DNA of 59,302 nt from a virus, in IMG/VR virus record IMGVR_UViG_3300031416_000008, positions 1-59,302 of that record; one strand, 5' to 3'. Under the pieces are notes generated by a model that had not been told where the DNA came from, did no database searches, and saw nothing but the letters and a program-made list of their open reading frames with translations. Made by a program: the position numbers and the translations under genes. This document shows, piece by piece, positions 50,554-59,175 of the stretch (the stretch's first letter is position 1; the number at the start of each line of letters is the position of its first letter).

Positions 50554-51585
50554 TCAGTCTCCCGCTTTATCCGTTTCTGATTTCCGGAAGGCCTCATAGA
50601 GCCCTTCCAAATTGTTCGATATCCATTCGCCGAAGGCACGGCCGTTCGGGTTGGCAAAATCCATCGAAAGTGTTTTTCCTTTTGTCTTTGCGACGACGCG
50701 CACAGAACGATCGGATGGCACCCACTGTTTACTCGGAATTGATTTTACCAAAACCGGCTTTGGCGCGGTCAACGACGTAAGCAGCAACGTGAGCCTCTGG
50801 TCGGTGTCAGCTTCGGAAAATTCCTTGCTCTCAATAAAGGCAAACGCTACAGCGCGGTTTGCATCTTCGCGCAGGTATTGGGCAAGCTTATACCAAGTGT
50901 CGCGCCCATAGTTTGGAGCGGCACCAACAGCTCTTACGACTTTTTCAGGAATATCGTTCGCTACTGAAAGCAATTTCGACGTGTTAGTTTTGTCGATCGA
51001 GAGTGAAGCCATTACGACTTCGCGGTCGTACCCGCTGTCGATCAAGTTTTTCGCAAACATCGCCTTTTCGATGAACGACAGGTTTGCGCGAGCGCTGTTC
51101 TCCTGCCCTTGAGCTATAACATGATCCCGGTCAGACAAATTTTTAACAACTGCCCTGACGGGTCTTTGCAAAGCTTTGGCAGCACGCAAGCGACGATGGC
51201 CAAAAACGACCATGTAGCGCCCTTCCCTTTCGGGATGAGGGCGAACCAAGATTGGGGAGTCCTGTCCCCTCTCCCGCACTGCTTCCACCAGCTCGGCAAA
51301 TGCTTCACCGTCAGTTCCTAACCGATCCTCAATAAACGATACGTCAACGAGGTCTGTTGCCAGCTCGACAACGGTGGAACCTTCGAGAAGTTTAGCCTCA
51401 ATGTCCTTGGCGGCTTTTGCCTGCTCCGCAAGATCATCAATCGATTTTGTTATGGCTCCGAACGCACCACGCGAGCGGTTACGTTCCATCGCTGGAGAAA
51501 GCTTCTCAGGAGCGTCGTTTTGTTCAGAGTTGACGGCCGTCAACTTTCGCTCAGTGAGGGATGATAAAAGATTTTTTCGCGACAT
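50554..51585 (-). CDS. repB: RepB (ParB-family partition protein of repABC-type replicons)
   Basis: MSRKNLLSSL N-terminus and ParB box LVRPHPEREGRYMVVFGHRRLRAAK. TAATG overlap with repA. Confidence 0.9.
   Translation of the reverse strand: MSRKNLLSSLTERKLTAVNSEQNDAPEKLSPAMERNRSRGAFGAITKSIDDLAEQAKAAKDIEAKLLEGSTVVELATDLVDVSFIEDRLGTDGEAFAELVEAVRERGQDSPILVRPHPEREGRYMVVFGHRRLRAAKALQRPVRAVVKNLSDRDHVIAQGQENSARANLSFIEKAMFAKNLIDSGYDREVVMASLSIDKTNTSKLLSVANDIPEKVVRAVGAAPNYGRDTWYKLAQYLREDANRAVAFAFIESKEFSEADTDQRLTLLLTSLTAPKPVLVKSIPSKQWVPSDRSVRVVAKTKGKTLSMDFANPNGRAFGEWISNNLEGLYEAFRKSETDKAGD
51529..51544. promoter_or_regulatory. Intragenic parS palindrome inside the repB 5' coding region
   Basis: GTTGACGGCCGTCAAC encodes KLTAVN of RepB. 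Confidence 0.7.
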
Positions 51586-52820
51586 TAACGCCCCCACGCT
51601 CGATGAATGAGAGTTATGATTTCGTCGTTCACACGGTGCAGAGCTTCCATGGCACGGTCATACGTCGAGCGTGTAAACTGCGCGCGCTCAATCTCGTAGA
51701 GAGTTTGTTTGGTAATTCCCGCGTCGGAGATTGCCGTGCTTTTGAGCATTTCATTGACGAGCACATGTTGCTTGAAGATAGAACGCATAAACGCGACCAT
51801 CTGGTTTTGCGGCCCGTCAGTAGGCTCGTACCTTGTGACCATGTATCGAAGCCAGTCTAAACGCATATTCGCCCCTGCCCGCTTCAACGTGCCCATTACC
51901 TCCCCAAGCATCAGAAGAAACTGGCACATGGACATTACGTCCAACATTTGTGGATGGACAGTAATCAGAATACCCGACGATGACGAAAGCGCAGTCAGTG
52001 TCAGATAACCCAGCTGTGGCGGACAATCGATAATCACTACGTCGTATTGGTCGGATACGTCGCTCAGGGCTTCATCCAACCTGCCAAAAAACATGCGCCC
52101 AATCGCGCCATCCTTCTGTGCCAGGGCAAGCGGCGTATCGTACTCGAACTCTTGCAGTTCGAGATTTGCCGGCACGATATCCAAGCCGGGAAAATTCGTT
52201 GATCGAACAAGAGTAGACAGTGGCTTGCGTTCGTCATCATAGCGCAGAGCTTCATAGAGAGACTCATTGCGATCAATTTCCGGTTGGAATCCATGCAGGG
52301 CGGAAAGTGAAGCCTGTGGATCTAGATCAATAGCCAGTACGCGGTGGCCGGTAAGCGCAAGGTGCTGTGCCAAATGAGCAGCGGACGTTGTCTTAGCACT
52401 GCCACCTTTGAAATTGACGACAGAAATTACCTGCAGATGATCATCATCACGACGATGTGGAACATACTTTCCGGGCGCCCGGCTGTTCTTATCAAGGAAT
52501 TGACGCAGCTCAAGCATTTGTTGCGCGGTGTATGAGCGCCGTCCGGATGAGGTAACGAGCGGTGCGGGCCCCTTCCCTTCCAGCGATAAATTTTTCAGGT
52601 AGCCGGCCGTGACACCGAGATACTGCGCTGCTTCAGTGAGCTGGAACGGGCGCAGTGTTTTTTGAGCGTCTGGTGGGAACATTTCAAGACGATGCTCATG
52701 CAGCATTTCCGACAGCTCATTAGCCTGCTGGGTTATAAGCAGATCGACTTCGGATATTGCGTCTGTGATGCTTCCTGCAACATTCATCGATATTTTCCAC
52801 ACATGCGGTTTTTTTGCCAT
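51585..52820 (-). CDS. repA: RepA (ParA-family ATPase of repABC-type replicons)
   Basis: Deviant Walker A NFKGGSAKTT. About 100-aa N-terminal HTH extension. 411 aa, typical of RepA. Confidence 0.9.
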   Translation of the reverse strand: MAKKPHVWKISMNVAGSITDAISEVDLLITQQANELSEMLHEHRLEMFPPDAQKTLRPFQLTEAAQYLGVTAGYLKNLSLEGKGPAPLVTSSGRRSYTAQQMLELRQFLDKNSRAPGKYVPHRRDDDHLQVISVVNFKGGSAKTTSAAHLAQHLALTGHRVLAIDLDPQASLSALHGFQPEIDRNESLYEALRYDDERKPLSTLVRSTNFPGLDIVPANLELQEFEYDTPLALAQKDGAIGRMFFGRLDEALSDVSDQYDVVIIDCPPQLGYLTLTALSSSSGILITVHPQMLDVMSMCQFLLMLGEVMGTLKRAGANMRLDWLRYMVTRYEPTDGPQNQMVAFMRSIFKQHVLVNEMLKSTAISDAGITKQTLYEIERAQFTRSTYDRAMEALHRVNDEIITLIHRAWGR

Positions 52821-52875
52821 GTAGGCAACATAAACGCATGTAGCGCCGATTCTTTAACTGTGGCAAGGATTATTG

Positions 52876-52895
52876 GGTTAACGAATGGTTAACGA
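52876..52895. promoter_or_regulatory. Direct repeat GGTTAACGA x2, 11-bp register, upstream of repA
   Basis: Copies at 52876-52884 and 52887-52895. Each contains the palindrome GTTAAC. Confidence 0.4.
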
Positions 52896-52907
52896 GCGAT
52901 CCAAGAA

Positions 52908-53066
52908 AAAGTTGACGGCCGTCAACTTTCGCCGTTGGGCCCCCTTTTGAGGAAAAGTTGACGGCCGTCAACTTTGGTCGTTGGGCCCCTTTTTGAGGAA
53001 AAGTTGACGGCCGTCAACTTTGGTCGTTGGGCCCCTTTTTGAGGAAAGTTGACGGCCGTCAACTTT
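52908..53066. repeat. parS array: four 45-46-bp tandem units, each carrying GTTGACGGCCGTCAAC
   Basis: Palindromes at 52911, 52957, 53003 and 53048. They fit the repABC parS consensus GTTnnCnGCnGnnAAC. Spacers are near-identical. Confidence 0.85.
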
Positions 53067-53268
53067 TGTCCGCGAGGTCAGGATTTACGACCTGAAAGCC
53101 TTGTGCACTGGGGTTTTCGATTACCTGCTTTGCTGTCGCCGCCATTCCTTGACCGTCCGCGAACTGGACGTAGCAAAGCCTGTCAGTCCAGCTGGGAAAG
53201 TAAGCCTCGCACGGCTGCTTATGTCGCGCGTGGCCGGGTCGATTATAGATGAACGGCGTCGCGCTCAC
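53059..53268 (-). CDS. Hypothetical small protein, last gene of the early arm
   Basis: ATGA overlap with the upstream ORF. Confidence 0.4.
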   Translation of the reverse strand: MSATPFIYNRPGHARHKQPCEAYFPSWTDRLCYVQFADGQGMAATAKQVIENPSAQGFQVVNPDLADKS

Positions 53269-53534
53269 GGTAACGGCTCCTCCGATGGTTCCAATGAGAT
53301 TGTAATTCGGGCACGGTTCAAGCGCCAGCCCCGATCGTGGAATCGTTGAACCTTCGTCGGAACGTCGAGCAGATTTCCTTTATGGCCGATAAATCGCCGC
53401 CATGCGGCTTCCGGTGTCTCTCCGAAAGTGCCTGGCGCTTGATCGCGATAAATGAGATCGCCTTTTTGCTTATCCCATGGGGAAAGAGGAGGGAGGATGA
53501 CAAAGCCGTCAATCGTCAGTGTTTTATCGTTCAA
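53265..53534 (-). CDS. Hypothetical protein (TTG start, 89 aa)
   Basis: AAGGAAGG lies 8 nt upstream of the TTG. TTGA overlap with the upstream stop. Confidence 0.45.
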   Translation of the reverse strand: MNDKTLTIDGFVILPPLSPWDKQKGDLIYRDQAPGTFGETPEAAWRRFIGHKGNLLDVPTKVQRFHDRGWRLNRARITISLEPSEEPLP

Positions 53535-53803
53535 GGGCGTGCCTTCCTTTGTTCTGCGGTGGTGATTGTTGCGACCTGATCCCGATAACGGTTCATTGCA
53601 AACGCGAAGCGCTGCATCTTCATGCGATCCTGCCAGCACTGGCAACCGCCATTGGTGTGTTGGCCTTCCGGTGCGATTATGATGCAGTGAGCGTTGCCGC
53701 AGCTACCGATGACAGAAAGCTGCTCATTCAGATCAGCGCTGGCATCTTCGAGACAGGCGAGGGCGTCAGCTTTCAAATTCCACCTTTTTATCTTTGGGGG
53801 CAC
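53531..53803 (-). CDS. Hypothetical Cys-rich small protein
   Basis: ORF in the co-oriented chain. Confidence 0.45.
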   Translation of the reverse strand: MPPKIKRWNLKADALACLEDASADLNEQLSVIGSCGNAHCIIIAPEGQHTNGGCQCWQDRMKMQRFAFAMNRYRDQVATITTAEQRKARP

Positions 53804-54059
53804 GCTGCATCAGTTTTTCCAGCGGTGACAGTGGTAGGCGGTTGCCACGCTTCACTGACAACGGCTCCAATCCGTACTTTTCCAAATAGTTTCGGGTGTG
53901 TTTGGCCCATACTTTACGCCCCCAGCTTGTGGTCGCAAACTCGTAAGGACGGGCGTCATTAAGTGCCTTCTTACGGGTTTTAAGATCGGCGTCATCTGGA
54001 AGGCTACGATGGACCTCCCCGATAATATGTGATGCAGTGGATTGCCAATTCATCGTCAA
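53766..54059 (-). CDS. Hypothetical protein (97 aa)
   Basis: ATGA overlap upstream. Confidence 0.55.
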   Translation of the reverse strand: MTMNWQSTASHIIGEVHRSLPDDADLKTRKKALNDARPYEFATTSWGRKVWAKHTRNYLEKYGLEPLSVKRGNRLPLSPLEKLMQRAPKDKKVEFES

Positions 54060-54307
54060 TCCTTCAAATTAATTCGGGCAGTTGAGCTATAACGAAGGCG
54101 TCCAACTTCAAGACCATTGTAATAATGGCGGGTTAAATCGTGAGCCAGACGTTCCGCGTTTATAATGCGCCAGAATCGTAGCGACGAAGCTTTCCACTCC
54201 GTCGCGCCATTGTGAGGGTCGGCGGCTCGGTCTTTCCGACAGTACCAAACTTCCCATTTCCAGCCCCTGCGTTTTGAATAAAACTGCCAACCCGGATGGT
54301 TATCCAT
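54056..54307 (-). CDS. Hypothetical protein (83 aa)
   Basis: Coupled ORF. Confidence 0.55.
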   Translation of the reverse strand: MDNHPGWQFYSKRRGWKWEVWYCRKDRAADPHNGATEWKASSLRFWRIINAERLAHDLTRHYYNGLEVGRLRYSSTARINLKD

Positions 54308-54533
54308 GGGTGTTTTTCTCCCATCCTCGCCATTTCTCTTTCACTGCGCGCCGCCGAATATTTTCAAGCTCGTTGTACCATCTTGCTAACAATCGCTCCG
54401 CTGGGTTGCCGGCACGTTCACGCATTTCGCGCTGCAGAACTTCCTGCAACAAGATTGCTTGCTCATGCGTATGAACATAAACTCCAGCGTAGGTCTTTCC
54501 GAATTGAGGTGGGGGATCATCATAGCGGCTCAT
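54300..54533 (-). CDS. Hypothetical protein (77 aa; internal ATG)
   Basis: The upstream part of the ORF-track entry overlaps the 54520..55179 gene out of frame. Confidence 0.5.
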   Translation of the reverse strand: MSRYDDPPPQFGKTYAGVYVHTHEQAILLQEVLQREMRERAGNPAERLLARWYNELENIRRRAVKEKWRGWEKNTHG

Positions 54534-55179
54534 TGGTGGTCGCTTTCTGTGCATTTGCCGCGCGTAACTCGTCGGGGTGGCGAATTGTGCCGTCTTGTGC
54601 TCGATATGTGAGATTGCCCTGATCGTACGTGAATGTGCCGTCGATAACCATTTCGTGGGCATCACGCATGAATCGTTCAATATGAACCGGATTAGCTGCG
54701 AGGAATGACACGAAGTGGCCTGCAATTTCTGTAGCAGGCTCGCCAGCGCCAAAGCCGACAGCCGCCGAAACTTCGGCAAGTTTATTCAAAAGCTCGGCGG
54801 CGCTAATTTGCTTTATAGAAAGAAGTTTTTTTAGAGCCGCGTAAGAAGCATCAAATTCAGCTTTGGTGTCATCGATCACTCTCGGATTTGACCCTTGATC
54901 TTCCTCCCATCCCCACCGTTGGGCGGCAAAGCTGAAACGGCCTAAAGCTTGAAGCGCATTGACGTCTGCCTCCGTTGCCTGCTGAACTGGCGTGGCTGTT
55001 AGAGCCGCTTTCCAATAATGCCAGCCAGCGTTAATCACCTCGTCCTGGTATCCATCGCCGACGCGTGGTTTCAAGCACTCAACGCGAATTTCGACTTCGA
55101 GGAAGCCGCTCTCTTTCAAACGCTCAATGACGGCCGCTTCAAACGCGGGACGGGTTTTTTCAATGTCGTTGGTCATCAT
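54520..55179 (-). CDS. Hypothetical protein (219 aa)
   Basis: Long ORF with a plausible sequence. Confidence 0.6.
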   Translation of the reverse strand: MMTNDIEKTRPAFEAAVIERLKESGFLEVEIRVECLKPRVGDGYQDEVINAGWHYWKAALTATPVQQATEADVNALQALGRFSFAAQRWGWEEDQGSNPRVIDDTKAEFDASYAALKKLLSIKQISAAELLNKLAEVSAAVGFGAGEPATEIAGHFVSFLAANPVHIERFMRDAHEMVIDGTFTYDQGNLTYRAQDGTIRHPDELRAANAQKATTNEPL

Positions 55180-55799
55180 TTCTTGTCCTGTGCGCGATAA
55201 TAAGCGAGCAGCTTTTCGCCTGCATCTGGATTAATATTGTCGAGTTGGCGCAACGCCCAGTTCAGACCATTGGCAAAGCCGGTGCGCTCGCCTTTCTGGT
55301 GCTCGTTTATTTCTCGCTGCACTCGTTTGCGCTGGCGATCCTCCAATACCGTTGTGACGGTCACGGGAAATGCGCCACGGGATTTGGGTTCCGCGCTGAC
55401 ATACTGACTCATGCCGGGTTCGCCGGAAACGGGTACACAACGCCACCATTCGTGCCGCACGTAATCGGGGAGGCCTTCCGGAACATGTCGCTCATCGTGG
55501 AAATAATCAGCACCGGTGTAAACGTTGCAAGCGCGAGCGAACTTCCAACGATCAAAGTGTCCGCGTGCGTAAAAGCCCATCAAGCCTTCACTATCCATTT
55601 CTCTCAAATCACGGATTTCGATTTCGGGCGCCTGCTTAACAAAATCACTGGAGCTATTTTGAGCGTCCATGATCGCCTGGGCGATATTGTAGACGGCGCG
55701 CGCTTCTGTCAGCCCGACACCTTCGGACTGCGCCATAATGCGCTTATGGCATTCGCGAGCAGCGTCTATGATGTGTGTAGGAATCTCATCAAACATCAA
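55176..55799 (-). CDS. Hypothetical protein (207 aa)
   Basis: GGAGAA SD. ATGA overlap downstream. Confidence 0.6.
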   Translation of the reverse strand: MMFDEIPTHIIDAARECHKRIMAQSEGVGLTEARAVYNIAQAIMDAQNSSSDFVKQAPEIEIRDLREMDSEGLMGFYARGHFDRWKFARACNVYTGADYFHDERHVPEGLPDYVRHEWWRCVPVSGEPGMSQYVSAEPKSRGAFPVTVTTVLEDRQRKRVQREINEHQKGERTGFANGLNWALRQLDNINPDAGEKLLAYYRAQDKK

Positions 55800-55816
55800 A
55801 TTTGTTCTCCGCTGGC

Positions 55817-55844
55817 GGGAAGACGCTCTTGCACGCGTCTTCCC
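55817..55844 (-). other. Intercistronic 10-bp stem hairpin
   Basis: GGGAAGACGC-TCTTGCAC-GCGTCTTCCC, with no T-run. Confidence 0.45.
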
Positions 55845-55859
55845 GTGGGGAATAGTCGG

Positions 55860-56150
55860 TCAGTGGCTGGAGGTTTCTTTGTTGAAGGAATGCAGAAAAA
55901 CGGATTGAGAAAAGTCTACGCCGCTCCGCATCAGGCCTATAATCATGGCGTCGATGTTGCCGTGACAAAGCGTTGCTGCTTTGACCAGATTTTGGCTCAC
56001 GCTAGTCATTGGGCCTATGAGTGTTGAACCGCGTTCATTCGGTTCCCACTCGACGCTTGCGACTAGGCTCATGCCTAATTCTTCCGCCTTTCTCGCTACG
56101 TCTGCGAGCATTGGAGCAATAATTTCGTCGTATTCTTTTTCAGTGGCCAT
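55860..56150 (-). CDS. Hypothetical protein (96 aa)
   Basis: ORF with an SD. Confidence 0.55.
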   Translation of the reverse strand: MATEKEYDEIIAPMLADVARKAEELGMSLVASVEWEPNERGSTLIGPMTSVSQNLVKAATLCHGNIDAMIIGLMRSGVDFSQSVFLHSFNKETSSH

Positions 56151-56159
56151 TGTTGGCTC

Positions 56160-56927
56160 CTATGCTTGATTAATCTGATCGATGTTTTTGAAGATCGGCT
56201 GGTAGGAGTAGGCGACCACCCACGGGTTTTTGTCCCATGCGCAGGGTCCGTTGATGTGATCCCAGAGAGACCGGTAGCTGTCGATTGGCGATCGATACCA
56301 TTCAGCCGTGTCGTGGGGTTTCCCTAAGAGATAGTCGCAATAAGCCGGCCCATTGCCGTAGTTATCCGCAACGCGGTCTATACCTTCCGCAATCGCGTCT
56401 TCTTCGCTGATGTCCTGCAGGCGTTCGATCTTCACGCCGGTCACAATCAACGTAAGGCGAGAAGCCCATCGGGGCATGTGGATGGAGGGACGAAGGCGCG
56501 CGTGCTTACTCCAATCAATATTCGGATGACAGGCGCGCAATTGCTCAACACCTGCTAGATGCAAGCGAACATCGTCAGCATCGGCCGCGTAAACTGCCAG
56601 CTCATGATCACCATCGTCGGTAAGGTAATGAGCCTCACGAACCCAAAGGCGGTCGCCAACCGAGTAGCGCGGTCTTAGCCAATAATGTTGACCTTCGGCA
56701 TCTAAAGGCCAGCGCCGTAACTTGCGGGGCGGAACTTGCTCGTTCTCGCTCCAAGCCCAAAGACCAGAGGGCACCCACTCATGAAGTACGTTCAACATTG
56801 TAGGTTGTTGGCAAAAAGTCGCCCACTCTGGAGGCTGCGGTTTTAGTATCCGGCGTGTTTGGGTTTTGCGTTCTTCGAGATTGGCGCGAACCATTGGCGC
56901 GCTGAAAAGGAGAGGGTGGTCTTTCAC
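56160..56927 (-). CDS. Conserved phage protein (LFSAPMVRANLEERKTQTRR N-terminal motif, ASCH/PUA-like?)
   Basis: The motif is common in phage early proteins. The fold assignment comes from memory only. Confidence 0.55.
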   Translation of the reverse strand: MKDHPLLFSAPMVRANLEERKTQTRRILKPQPPEWATFCQQPTMLNVLHEWVPSGLWAWSENEQVPPRKLRRWPLDAEGQHYWLRPRYSVGDRLWVREAHYLTDDGDHELAVYAADADDVRLHLAGVEQLRACHPNIDWSKHARLRPSIHMPRWASRLTLIVTGVKIERLQDISEEDAIAEGIDRVADNYGNGPAYCDYLLGKPHDTAEWYRSPIDSYRSLWDHINGPCAWDKNPWVVAYSYQPIFKNIDQINQA

Positions 56928-57181
56928 TGTGGACCTCCGGAGTAAAGGTAGCCGTAGCCGCGTCCGCCGCCGATACGGTGGCCGTTAGCGCGCAACCGGG
57001 AAATGGTGCGATGCACAGTAAGAACATTCACGCCAAGCTTTTCGGCGAGCTCGCGGCCGACGCGGTGGCTCTGAACAGCAAACAGATCGAGCAGCTGCTT
57101 TTCTCGCTCGATGCGCTCTAGTGTTCTTACGCGGTTCCGATCGGTTAAGCCGCGCATATTGAGACTTTCACGATCGATCAT
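56924..57181 (-). CDS. Small winged-helix/HTH protein
   Basis: GRELAEKLGVNVLTVHRTISRLRANGHRI. Confidence 0.65.
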   Translation of the reverse strand: MIDRESLNMRGLTDRNRVRTLERIEREKQLLDLFAVQSHRVGRELAEKLGVNVLTVHRTISRLRANGHRIGGGRGYGYLYSGGPQ

Positions 57182-57705
57182 GCTGCACCGTTCCAGTGCG
57201 CAGCCATCTGTTCGGCAATCTGAGATGCTAACGACGGGATATCACGCTTGCCGAGTCTTATTAGCGCTGTGCCGTTTATCGAATAGCACGTATGAACTCT
57301 CGGGCCGTTGCCATCATCGTGAGACAGACGCACGATTTGCTCCAGATATGGCGTATGCGGGTTGTTACGCACTGATATCTCATGACGGAGCGTGGTCATG
57401 ACCCGTACCGCAGACATTGTTGGAGAAAGGACTTCAAAGGTTGGGAAAGGATCGCATGGCTTTGGGCTGTCAATCCTGAAAGGCTTCACGCGTCCTCTGA
57501 CGGTTGGCATTTCGATCAGAAACGCAGAGTAAGCGCCCAGCAGCTCACGAACGTCGCAATCCCAGTCTTTGATCATTTCTTCCAAATGCCAGAGCTTCGA
57601 CAAAACACCTCGGTAATGTGCTGTCGTTTTTGTCAGATCAGCTTGCAGCGCTGCTATTTCTTCACGATGCTTTCGGCGCTGATTGCGCCCATAACGTTTA
57701 GCCAT
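57178..57705 (-). CDS. Hypothetical protein (175 aa)
   Basis: Coupled ORF. Confidence 0.55.
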   Translation of the reverse strand: MAKRYGRNQRRKHREEIAALQADLTKTTAHYRGVLSKLWHLEEMIKDWDCDVRELLGAYSAFLIEMPTVRGRVKPFRIDSPKPCDPFPTFEVLSPTMSAVRVMTTLRHEISVRNNPHTPYLEQIVRLSHDDGNGPRVHTCYSINGTALIRLGKRDIPSLASQIAEQMAAHWNGAA

Positions 57706-57825
57706 TGTTGCTTTCCTCTACATGCATCGCGGCGTCGTAGGATTTTTTGACAGTTGCGAGCCACCGACCCACGGCACCAGGCCAAAACCAGATCAGAACA
57801 AAGATTAACCAGAGCGCGTAACCAG

Positions 57826-58461
57826 TCATGGCGCGCTCGTCTTGCTTCGAGCTTTCTTGGAGGCGTGTCTAAGCTTCGCAAGGGATCGGATTGCCGGTCG
57901 CACATCAGGATGCGCCGCGTCGTGATCAAAACCACGATGCCCATTCATGAACGGCAGAGTACCGCGTGGCATTGGTTCCCAATTGGAGGGATCAGTATTT
58001 TGCTTATTGCCGTCTTTGCATTTCAGAATGAAGCCTTCGGGCAGGGGCCCATTGGCCTTTTCCCAAACGTGTCGATGTTTGAGCACGTACCGGCATTTAT
58101 ACCCAGTGTGAGGGTTTCTCTCGTCAATGTTTAATTCGACATAGCCGTCCGGTGTAATGCGTTCATGTCCGACATACTTTGCATTTTTCGGGACGCTGCC
58201 CTTTTTAAATTGCGTGCGGGCGCTGTTCGCATTGTAGGGCATTTTCTTGCCGAAGTTGGCCGGCACGTTGCCTTTCGGGAAATGACCGGTGCGTCCGGTT
58301 TTCCAGCCTTTGCGCTTGCGCAGCGCGTGCAAATTATGGGCTGCAACATCGCGGTTGAAATTCTGATTGAACGCAGCCGTATATTCGCTGATTGGCATTT
58401 TATGGTTGAGCTCAAGCCAAGCGAGCTCCTCCACAGAGTATGGAATAGCCGCGCCTTTCAT
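57826..58461 (-). CDS. HNH endonuclease (HNH_3-like)
   Basis: YVLKHRHVWEKANGPLPEGFILKCKDGNKQNTDPSNWE. Confidence 0.8.
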   Translation of the reverse strand: MKGAAIPYSVEELAWLELNHKMPISEYTAAFNQNFNRDVAAHNLHALRKRKGWKTGRTGHFPKGNVPANFGKKMPYNANSARTQFKKGSVPKNAKYVGHERITPDGYVELNIDERNPHTGYKCRYVLKHRHVWEKANGPLPEGFILKCKDGNKQNTDPSNWEPMPRGTLPFMNGHRGFDHDAAHPDVRPAIRSLAKLRHASKKARSKTSAP

Positions 58462-58718
58462 TCGGCCTTTCCTTCTATCTCTTTGGATTTATCAAATATC
58501 ATCGGAAGCGCTTGTTTATGCTTCTCGCCGCGAATGGCGATTGTGTTCACTGCTTTGAGAGCCAGATCCGCATTGCTTATGATTTGCTCGCTGATCGCTA
58601 CGATAGCGTCGGTTCTTTTCGCCTCCGAGGAAATCTGTTCAGGCGTCAAATCCTCGTCCGATAGGCGTTCCAGCTGGGCAAAAAGGTGGTTGTTGAGGTC
58701 GATGATACGGTTCTTCAT
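58458..58718 (-). CDS. Hypothetical protein (86 aa)
   Basis: ATGA overlaps at both ends. Confidence 0.55.
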   Translation of the reverse strand: MKNRIIDLNNHLFAQLERLSDEDLTPEQISSEAKRTDAIVAISEQIISNADLALKAVNTIAIRGEKHKQALPMIFDKSKEIEGKAE

Positions 58719-59152
58719 GACGCCACCTGTGCATCAGAGGAAAACCCCAAAGCTTCGTCTACGGATTTCTGAGCCTCGGCGGATGCGGTGTGCAATACGA
58801 ACAGGGCTTGTGCCTCTGCAGGAGACGCAATTTCAAAAACCGGCTGAAAACGTTCGTCTTCGACTTCCACCTCAAGCTCATGGAGCGACAACAGGCCACC
58901 TAGCGTCCAATCGCAGGGCTTTCCGTCTGGTTCTTTTCGTGATGATCCCGCGCCAGTAAAGCGACCGACACACGAGAACCCGATGTATTTTTCAACAGCG
59001 CCGAAATCTTTTCCAGCGCCGGCACAAATGAAAGTTTTTGCCGATTGCACAAAGCCACACATGGGGCACTTGAACGCCAAATGCTCTTTTGGAAGGCCCT
59101 GTTTTTTTAAGCGGGCCTGAAATTCGGAGAGGGTGATTTTTTCAATTGTCAT
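58715..59152 (-). CDS. Cys-rich conserved protein (VVA0879-like)
   Basis: HLAFKCPMCGFVQSA......GFSCVGRFTGAG....EPDGKPCDWTLGGL. ATG at 59152 preferred over the TTG at 59164. Confidence 0.55.
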   Translation of the reverse strand: MTIEKITLSEFQARLKKQGLPKEHLAFKCPMCGFVQSAKTFICAGAGKDFGAVEKYIGFSCVGRFTGAGSSRKEPDGKPCDWTLGGLLSLHELEVEVEDERFQPVFEIASPAEAQALFVLHTASAEAQKSVDEALGFSSDAQVAS

Positions 59153-59175
59153 TGCGATTACCAAAATTAGGGGGA

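Noticed and set aside
52908-53066. The regular 45-46-bp tandem array could look like a small CRISPR array.
   Set aside because: The intervening spacers are near-identical to each other, the conserved 16-mer is the repABC parS palindrome, and the window has no cas genes or leader. This is a centromere array.
55245-56027. 260-aa + strand ORF. The 264-aa ORF at 58165..58959 is similar.
   Set aside because: Each runs antisense across two or three well-packed - strand genes and their junctions. Their sequences are implausible.
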